Position numbers and translations under genes: made by a program | Notes under the pieces: model-generated | What the model was told of the DNA's origin: nothing | What the model saw: only the letters and a program-made list of their open reading frames with translations | Databases searched by the model: none | In this document: in pieces, positions 57,854 through 64,000 of the stretch | How the letters are laid out: each line of letters starts with the position of its first letter | How positions within the stretch are numbered: position 1 is the first letter of the stretch | Assembly (NCBI GenBank): GCA_947306495.1 | Contig: CAMZGT010000003.1 | Span: forward strand, 29,850-93,849 | Length of the DNA stretch: 64,000 nucleotides | DNA from: an uncultured Acinetobacter sp. | Lineage (GTDB): Bacteria; Cyanobacteriota; Vampirovibrionia; Gastranaerophilales; Gastranaerophilaceae | Direction of reading: 5' to 3'

Positions 57854-58453
57854 ATGTTTAAACGTAAATGTAAAATAACTTTTATTACCCACGGCGCAAC
57901 GGTACATACACTTGATGGAATTATCAGTGACTCAGAAAAATATCCTAAAATTAATGAGTTCGGCGAAGAAGAAATTGGAAAAGTTTGTGAATACCTTAAA
58001 AAAAGAGGTGTTTCATATGATAAAATATATTCAAGTCCTTCAACAAGATGTACTCAATCGGCACAGGTAATTGCTAAGTTGTTTAAAAAATGTATTATCA
58101 CAATTGATTTAAAATCAAGAAAACACGGAGAATGGAGCGGACAATCATATGCAGAAATATATAATCAGTATGGTCCGCATGCAATAACAAAAACACCTAA
58201 AGATGGTGAAAGTTTAAAAGAGTTTAATAAACGAGTATGGAAAATGCTTTATGAACTAATACAAGAAAATCGAGGCAACCGTATAATTGTTGTTACAACT
58301 CCGGATGTTGTACAATCTGCAGTTGCTCAAACTCTGGAATTAGAAGGTTCAAATCAGTTTAAAGTTCTAATAAAAACGGGTTCATTAACTCAAATAAGTT
58401 ATTTTGAAGATAATTGGTCAAGTGTAATTTATTCAGGCTATGTACCTATTTAA
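57854..58453 (+). CDS. histidine phosphatase (phosphoglycerate mutase-like) family protein
   Basis: The ITFITHGAT N-terminal motif is a variant of RHG. Size (199 aa) fits the family. Confidence 0.7.
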   Translation: MFKRKCKITFITHGATVHTLDGIISDSEKYPKINEFGEEEIGKVCEYLKKRGVSYDKIYSSPSTRCTQSAQVIAKLFKKCIITIDLKSRKHGEWSGQSYAEIYNQYGPHAITKTPKDGESLKEFNKRVWKMLYELIQENRGNRIIVVTTPDVVQSAVAQTLELEGSNQFKVLIKTGSLTQISYFEDNWSSVIYSGYVPI

Positions 58454-58470
58454 GATATGAAAAGAAAATA

Positions 58471-58500
58471 GGCGGCTTACTTTTAGTAAGCCGCCTTTTT
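58471..58500. terminator. bidirectional hairpin terminator
   Basis: GGCGGCTTAC-TTTTA-GTAAGCCGCC flanked by A/T runs, between convergent genes. Confidence 0.85.
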
Positions 58501-58513
58501 ATATAAATTAAAA

Positions 58514-59011
58514 CTATGCTTCTGTTGTTTCTTCAACTTCTTCTATAGATTCTTTAACAACTTCGCTTGCTGTTACAACAACTTTCAACTCAGTCTTAAC
58601 CTTTGAAGTCAATTTGATTAACATGGTAAATTCACCAATTTTATTAATAGGTGCATTTAAAGAAACTGTTTTTCTGTCTACTTCAATGCCTGATTTTTCT
58701 TTTAACTCTTCACACAACTTCTTAGTTGTGATTGTTCCGAATAATTTTCCGCTTTCACCTGCTTTAGCTGATAACTCGATTGAACCTAATTTTTCGATTT
58801 GTTCAGCTTTTGCTAAAGCTTCTTGGTGTAATTTTTCTTGTTTAGCTTTGATTCTTGCAATATTTTGTTCTCTGTTTTTCAAAGCTCCTTCTGTAGCAGC
58901 TTCTGCATAATTTCTTGGGATAAGATAGTTTCTTGCATAACCATCCTTAACATTTACCAAATCACCGGCTTCACCGATATTCTGTACTTCTTTCTTCAAT
59001 ATTACTTGCAT
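58514..59011 (-). CDS. rplI: 50S ribosomal protein L9
   Basis: MQVILKKEVQNIGEAGDLVNVKDGYARNYLIPRNYA signature. Confidence 0.95.
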   Translation of the reverse strand: MQVILKKEVQNIGEAGDLVNVKDGYARNYLIPRNYAEAATEGALKNREQNIARIKAKQEKLHQEALAKAEQIEKLGSIELSAKAGESGKLFGTITTKKLCEELKEKSGIEVDRKTVSLNAPINKIGEFTMLIKLTSKVKTELKVVVTASEVVKESIEEVEETTEA

Positions 59012-59171
59012 TTCAATTCTCCTTTGCTATTTCGGCTATTATAGACTAATAATAATTCAAACAAAAAAACTTGTCGAGTAGTTAATAAATTCATTATAAC
59101 TAAATGTAACAATCGCTTAATAAATTAGCAAATTTTGGTTAAGTTTTGTTTTAAACAAAATAGGTGTAGCT

Positions 59172-59963
59172 ATGGTCAGGTCAGTTTACTATAACGGAAA
59201 TGAATATCGTACAAGAAGTGCTGAGGAATATTACCTCGGGTATTTTCTTGCGTCTATAGCATCCGGTGCAATAATGAAAGGTCTTTCATTAACCGGGGAT
59301 TCTTTTCAAAAGGAGCTTGTAAAAGAACAATCAAATAATCCTATATACAGAGAGTATTTATACAAGTCACTCGAGCAATCAGGATTGGATAAATCAGTAT
59401 CAATAGTACCTGCTCAACATTTATCACATATGTTTCCCGCGGAAGCTGCTGGCAAAAATGCTTGTTACATTCCTAAAGCAAATCAAATTGTTTTGAATAC
59501 TGATAAAATTTCTCACGCTGGCTTCCATGAAATGGGACATGCTCTAAACCACCTGCAAAGTAAATTTGGAGTAAAATATCTTCAAAAAATGCGAGGTGCA
59601 GGATACGCAATTGCAGGTATTATGGAATTTTTTGCAGTATTATCAAGATCAAAACCAAAAGATGCAAAAAGAAATCCCATTGATGTCATTGAGGATAATT
59701 GCGGTAAGATAACGTTTCTTGCTTTACTGCCTACTGTTGCAGAAGAAGCAATAGCAAGTTATCGGGGAGTTAAGCTTGCGAAGAAAAGCGGTTTGGCTCA
59801 GCCTTATACAAAGAATTTAAATAAATTATACATTAAGGCACTGTCAACATACGGTGGATACGCGGCTCTTGCAGGATTATCAGTTTATGCTACCAGAAAA
59901 ATCATGGACTATTTTTCCAGACCTAAGAAAATTGAAAGAACAGAGTTTTCGTTATTTGGCTAG
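59172..59963 (+). CDS. membrane zinc metallopeptidase-like protein (YugP/Zn_peptidase_2-like)
   Basis: HEMGHALNH is an HExxH motif flanked by hydrophobic segments. The layout resembles YugP-type peptidases. Confidence 0.55.
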   Translation: MVRSVYYNGNEYRTRSAEEYYLGYFLASIASGAIMKGLSLTGDSFQKELVKEQSNNPIYREYLYKSLEQSGLDKSVSIVPAQHLSHMFPAEAAGKNACYIPKANQIVLNTDKISHAGFHEMGHALNHLQSKFGVKYLQKMRGAGYAIAGIMEFFAVLSRSKPKDAKRNPIDVIEDNCGKITFLALLPTVAEEAIASYRGVKLAKKSGLAQPYTKNLNKLYIKALSTYGGYAALAGLSVYATRKIMDYFSRPKKIERTEFSLFG

Positions 59964-60956
59964 AAATTTGCCAATTTCATTGTTGTTTCCGTCAGTAACA
60001 GTAATTTCTTCCCTTATGCCGTCTTTGTAACTTGCATTATATACATTTTGAACTTTTAGGTCTGAGGAGTATACCGTTTCTTTTACTTTTAATCCGTTTT
60101 CGTATTCACCATATACAGAACCGCTGTCTGTCGGTTTGTCCGCGTTGTAGTATGTGAAACGTTTTAAATCTGCACCTTCATATGTTGCTGAAACATTAAC
60201 CTTTGTATGGCCGTCTTTATCATATATTAAATGTTCAACTCTTAAATTTTGATTTCCGTCAAGTACTTCTTTTCTTAAAGAAATAACTTTACCTTCGGCA
60301 TTTTTCATTTCGTATTTAATGTTATTATCGTTACCGTAATTCCATGTCTCTATAAAATCAATGTCTCCGTCTTTATTGTATTTCAGATGTTTAAGCGGTA
60401 CTCTTCTGTCTTGGTTATTATCAAATTCCCAGTAATCATTATTTGAGTCCTGCATTTTGTCGCTGTATCCAAGTGTAGTCCTTGTTTGATGTCCTGTTTT
60501 TAATGAAACTTCAACAAAATCCACACCGTGACGAAGGTTTTCCGGATTATCCGTAATCAGCAGTAATCTCTCTCCATGTCTTTTTACGAGGTAGATACAT
60601 TGAGAATTATCTATAATATTCTTTACAGCAGCTTTTACATCATTAGATGCTCCGGCTAATTCTGATATTCCGGATAGCGGGAAATCACCTGATGGGATAT
60701 CATTATACAAATCTGTTTTCTGTGTTAAATTTGTTTTTGTTGCAGTTGCGTTTATCACAGTTGCCTTGGAGTCTATATTTGCATTTTCGTTGTCGGTCTT
60801 TGAAATTACATTTTGTTCTTCAATATTTTCTTCCGCTTGAATGTTTTCTTGAGTTATATCTGCTTTGTCAGCAGATTTAGGATTTAATGTATAGAATGCA
60901 GCTGCTCCGGCAAGGACAAGTAAAGCAGATAATACAAGTAATTTTTTCTTTTCCAT
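59952..60956 (-). CDS. secreted repeat protein (short beta-hairpin YxxDG-type repeats)
   Basis: Signal/anchor MEKKKLLVLSALLVLAGAAAF and C-terminal repeated Y-x-K/D-D-G units. Its 3' end overlaps the 59172 ORF by 12 nt (convergent). Confidence 0.55.
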   Translation of the reverse strand: MEKKKLLVLSALLVLAGAAAFYTLNPKSADKADITQENIQAEENIEEQNVISKTDNENANIDSKATVINATATKTNLTQKTDLYNDIPSGDFPLSGISELAGASNDVKAAVKNIIDNSQCIYLVKRHGERLLLITDNPENLRHGVDFVEVSLKTGHQTRTTLGYSDKMQDSNNDYWEFDNNQDRRVPLKHLKYNKDGDIDFIETWNYGNDNNIKYEMKNAEGKVISLRKEVLDGNQNLRVEHLIYDKDGHTKVNVSATYEGADLKRFTYYNADKPTDSGSVYGEYENGLKVKETVYSSDLKVQNVYNASYKDGIREEITVTDGNNNEIGKFLAK

Positions 60957-61042
60957 ACTTTGAGCTCCAAGACTAAAATATTTACAATTACATTATAATT
61001 CTGTATTTAGTTTTAATCAATATTTCATGTTAAAATTTAATT

Positions 61043-61729
61043 ATGAATATTATAGATTATATTAAAGGAAAAGTTATTGTATCTTCTCAAGCAATGCCGG
61101 ATGAACCTTTGTACAAAGAGGAATGCATGTTTGCGATGATGCAATCTGTAGTGAACGGCGGAGCATCAGCTCTCAGAGTTGCTGGCACCAGAGATGTAAA
61201 AATTGCAAAAAAACATTTTGATGTTCCTGTTATAGGACTAACAAAGCCGGAAAAGCTTCCGGAAAATTGGAAAGAAGTTGTTTATATAACTCCGACCTTG
61301 AAGGAAGTTAAGGACCTTATTGAAGCGGGTGCAGATATCGTGGCATTTGATGGTACATCCCGTAAAAGACCCGGAGGTTGCACTTTAGGCGATATTATTT
61401 CAGAGATTCATAGAGCCGGCAAGCTTGCAATGGCTGATATTTCAACTTTGGAAGAAGGAATAAACTGTGATAAATTATGTGCTGATATTCTTTCTACAAC
61501 ACTTGCGGGATATACACTTGAATCAGGAAAACCGACTAATGGTCCTGATTATGAATTATTAAAAAAACTAAAAAAGATAACAAACAAGCCTGTTATACTT
61601 GAAGGCAGGATTTGGGAGCCTTTTGAAGTTATAAAAGCCTTTGAGCTCGGTGCACACAGCGTTGTCATAGGTTCTGCAATTACAAGACCGCAATTAATTA
61701 CAAAAAGATTTGTAAATTCAACTTTGTAG
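61043..61729 (+). CDS. nanE: N-acetylmannosamine-6-phosphate 2-epimerase
   Basis: VSSQAMPDEPL N-terminal motif and a TIM-barrel pattern. It is adjacent to a ROK kinase. Confidence 0.85.
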   Translation: MNIIDYIKGKVIVSSQAMPDEPLYKEECMFAMMQSVVNGGASALRVAGTRDVKIAKKHFDVPVIGLTKPEKLPENWKEVVYITPTLKEVKDLIEAGADIVAFDGTSRKRPGGCTLGDIISEIHRAGKLAMADISTLEEGINCDKLCADILSTTLAGYTLESGKPTNGPDYELLKKLKKITNKPVILEGRIWEPFEVIKAFELGAHSVVIGSAITRPQLITKRFVNSTL

Positions 61730-61779
61730 GTACACACGGAGCTTTCTTCTCAATACGGAATTTTATAGCGGGGTAAATA

Positions 61780-62643
61780 ATGAAAAAAGCATTAGCATTT
61801 GATATTGGCGGAACAAAAATATATTCAACAATTATTGATGAAACAGGAAAAGTTGTTGGTGAAATTGATAAATTTTCCACTCCAAAAACTTTGGACGGTA
61901 TAAAGAAAATTCTGAAAGACCAAATAAATAAATATGAAGCAAAAGCGGATGTTATTGCCATAGCGACAGCAGGTGCCGTAAATAATGAAAATACTAGAGT
62001 AATCGGCTCAACGGGAAATTTGCCTCAAGGCTATAGCAATATTGATTTTCAAAGTCTTAGTACAAAAAAAGTTTTTCTTGAAAATGATGCTAATGCGGCA
62101 TCTTGGGCAGAATATAAAATAGGAGCTTCGCGTGGTACTCAAGTATCAGTTATGCTTACATTAGGCACAGGTGTTGGCGGTGGTATCATAGTTAATAATA
62201 AGCTATTGAAAGGAAAATCAGGTGCAGCAGGAGAAATGCATTTTAAAATGTATCCTGATAAACGAAGAAAATGTACATGCGGAAGCTGGGATTGTTTTGA
62301 GATATATGCTTCAGGTACCGCATTAAAACTTGACGCAGTAGAAGCTCTCAACGATAAAAATGTTACAACTTATGATGTTATTGAGGGTGTAAAAAATAAT
62401 GATAAAAAAATGGTTGACATTTTATCCCGTTGGCAGAATGATATAATAGAAGGAATTAAGGGACTTGCAAATATATTTGATCCGGATTGTGTAGTCCTTT
62501 CTGGTTCTATGGCGCAATTCGTTGATATAAAAAAAGTAGAAGAAGAAGTCAATTCCGATATAGTAACAACTCCAACATCAATAAGAATTGCAACAGCAGG
62601 AAATTATGCAGGCATGATAGGTGCGGCACTTATGGCATTTTAA
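61780..62643 (+). CDS. ROK-family sugar kinase (ManNAc kinase or glucokinase-like)
   Basis: FDIGGTKI, GAAGEMHF and the zinc motif CTCGSWDCFE. Confidence 0.85.
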   Translation: MKKALAFDIGGTKIYSTIIDETGKVVGEIDKFSTPKTLDGIKKILKDQINKYEAKADVIAIATAGAVNNENTRVIGSTGNLPQGYSNIDFQSLSTKKVFLENDANAASWAEYKIGASRGTQVSVMLTLGTGVGGGIIVNNKLLKGKSGAAGEMHFKMYPDKRRKCTCGSWDCFEIYASGTALKLDAVEALNDKNVTTYDVIEGVKNNDKKMVDILSRWQNDIIEGIKGLANIFDPDCVVLSGSMAQFVDIKKVEEEVNSDIVTTPTSIRIATAGNYAGMIGAALMAF

Positions 62644-62667
62644 TTTATTTAAGGTAAAATTCTAACT

Positions 62668-62883
62668 ATGGGCAAATCAAAACGCAGAATACTAAATCAA
62701 GGACTAAATAACAGATTCCCTTATATGACAAGAGAATCTGCGCTCGAGTCTGTAGTTAGAAATATTGAACATAAATCTGAAGTCATAGACACAATAACTC
62801 TTTTTGGATTTTCTGCAGAAGAAATGCTTGAAGCAGGTGCTGCATACGAAGATGTGATGGCATTCGGAGGTATCGTTAAATAA
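62668..62883 (+). CDS. hypothetical small protein
   Basis: 71-aa ORF. No family recognised. Confidence 0.4.
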   Translation: MGKSKRRILNQGLNNRFPYMTRESALESVVRNIEHKSEVIDTITLFGFSAEEMLEAGAAYEDVMAFGGIVK

Positions 62884-62947
62884 ACGAAAAAGCCGCGCGA
62901 AAAATGCACGACTTTGATTGTGGGGTAATTGGGGTATATTTTTGAAT

Positions 62948-63199
62948 CTATACCTCTATAAAAAGTCTACGTCCGACTATATTCGGCTGGTTATTATAAT
63001 ATCCAGCAAAGTATCCGCCGGGAACAGGTTTATTTTGTCCGTAATTTGCAAACTGATTTCCGCTTTGAGATGTTACAAAAGGATTCCCGGATGTCGGTGC
63101 AAAAGGATTTGACGAAGTTCGTGCCCTTGTAATACTCTCCGCTTGTACCATCGGATTTGCTGTGAAAACTCTTGATAATAAATTTACTATTTCTGTCAT
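62948..63199 (-). CDS. hypothetical small protein, N/P/G/Q-rich
   Basis: 83-aa low-complexity ORF downstream of the hook-type gene. Confidence 0.4.
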   Translation of the reverse strand: MTEIVNLLSRVFTANPMVQAESITRARTSSNPFAPTSGNPFVTSQSGNQFANYGQNKPVPGGYFAGYYNNQPNIVGRRLFIEV

Positions 63200-63336
63200 T
63201 TTAGTTAAACCTCTCTAAGGTTTTATTAATGATTTATTTTATTAAGTCAATATTCTTATCGACAAAAATGTAAAAAAGTTTAGTGAAAAGAGAAAACATC
63301 AACCATATGAAGTAAATTATATTAGAAAAAATAAAA

Positions 63337-63362
63337 AGGAATTAAGGTTTCCTCTAATTCCT
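63337..63362 (-). terminator. hairpin terminator downstream of the hook-type gene
   Basis: AGGAATTA...TAATTCCT stem, with a T-rich run on the minus strand. Confidence 0.6.
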
Positions 63363-63419
63363 TTATAAAACGGAGTTTAACTAAAGATTTTTAATATTAT
63401 ACTTGGAATATTAACTATA

Positions 63420-64000
63420 CTATTTAGCCAATTCCATTGCTGATTGTAATAAATCCTTATTAGATTTAATCAAAGCGTTCACAAGTTCCATTTGTGTCTT
63501 TGCCTGTTGATAATCAGCGATATTAGCTTTAAAATCCGTGTTTGATTGTTCTAATAATCCTGAACGGATTTCACCTCTGCCTATAACAGGTTTTCCGGAA
63601 TCTTCTGTTTCGACAAAAACCCCTTCCTTAACTTCAAATAAGCCGTTTGGGTTGTGAAAATTTGCTGTTGCTATTTTATATAAAGGTACTGAACGATTTC
63701 CTCCATCAGCTTTTCCGTATATTGTACCATCATTTTTAATTTCATATTCGTCATATTTTCCTAAAAATTTACCGTTATTCGGGTCAATCCATAATTTTAT
63801 ATTTGTAGTGGGAATGCTTAGCGCTCCGCCTTTAAGAGCTGTTTCTTCGTATAAATCTGCGCTTATAGACTTGTTCCCTGACATAATTTCACCTTTGTCA
63901 TTCAGGATATATCCTTGGACTGTAGCACCACTTTTTGCTCTGTATACGCCTTCTTTATCAAATGTAAATTCACCCAAGCGTGTATACTGAACAGCTCCTT
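63420..64000 (-). CDS. flagellar hook (FlgE-like) or rod-family protein, C-terminal part; the N-terminus lies beyond the window
   Basis: The frame stays open upstream of the track start (..GAVQYTRLGEFTFDKEGVYRAKSGATVQGY), matching the FlgE-type YTR.G.F..D..G motif. It has a C-terminal flagellar rod/hook family segment. Confidence 0.7.
   Translation of the reverse strand, partial: GAVQYTRLGEFTFDKEGVYRAKSGATVQGYILNDKGEIMSGNKSISADLYEETALKGGALSIPTTNIKLWIDPNNGKFLGKYDEYEIKNDGTIYGKADGGNRSVPLYKIATANFHNPNGLFEVKEGVFVETEDSGKPVIGRGEIRSGLLEQSNTDFKANIADYQQAKTQMELVNALIKSNKDLLQSAMELAK

Overview
The window is visibly AT-rich bacterial chromosome (roughly 30-35% GC by eye, not computed). It comes from a diderm, flagellated organism. 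Evidence for this: LPS Kdo transferase, Skp, three TolC-family/secretin outer-membrane proteins, an RND efflux operon, SecDF, flgB-flgC-fliE, a hook-type gene at the right edge, and a PilQ/PilB/PilC-type pilus or secretion operon with an unlinked prepilin. The Lys/Asn-rich proteome and gene mix fit a host-associated low-GC lineage. Gut Melainabacteria/Vampirovibrionia is a low-confidence guess that I cannot verify here.

Most of the window is ordinary core genome. This includes a long minus-strand block (mnmE-ndk-proB-pxpA-yvcK-panB-panC-dapA-secD-secF), plus murF, hpf, rdgB, rplI and nanE with a ROK kinase.

The most unusual part is about 6.2-10.8 kb. An intact tRNA-Lys(CUU) is bracketed by tRNA-Lys half-fragments (att-like scars). 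It sits among phased short direct repeats, two inverted-repeat-bounded miniature elements, a GC-richer repeat family and orphan ORFs. No integrase or transposase is present.

Other items worth a second look:
- a 1269-aa tandem SF1 (UvrD-like) helicase without a nuclease domain
- a two-gene cassette with a degenerate HNH nuclease (35.97-38.09 kb)
- a recurring N-terminal peptide motif in several orphan proteins
- a cytoplasmic two-component system abutting flgB
- paired 20-nt repeats upstream of the pilus operon

I found no CRISPR array, rRNA gene, reverse transcriptase or recognisable transposase.
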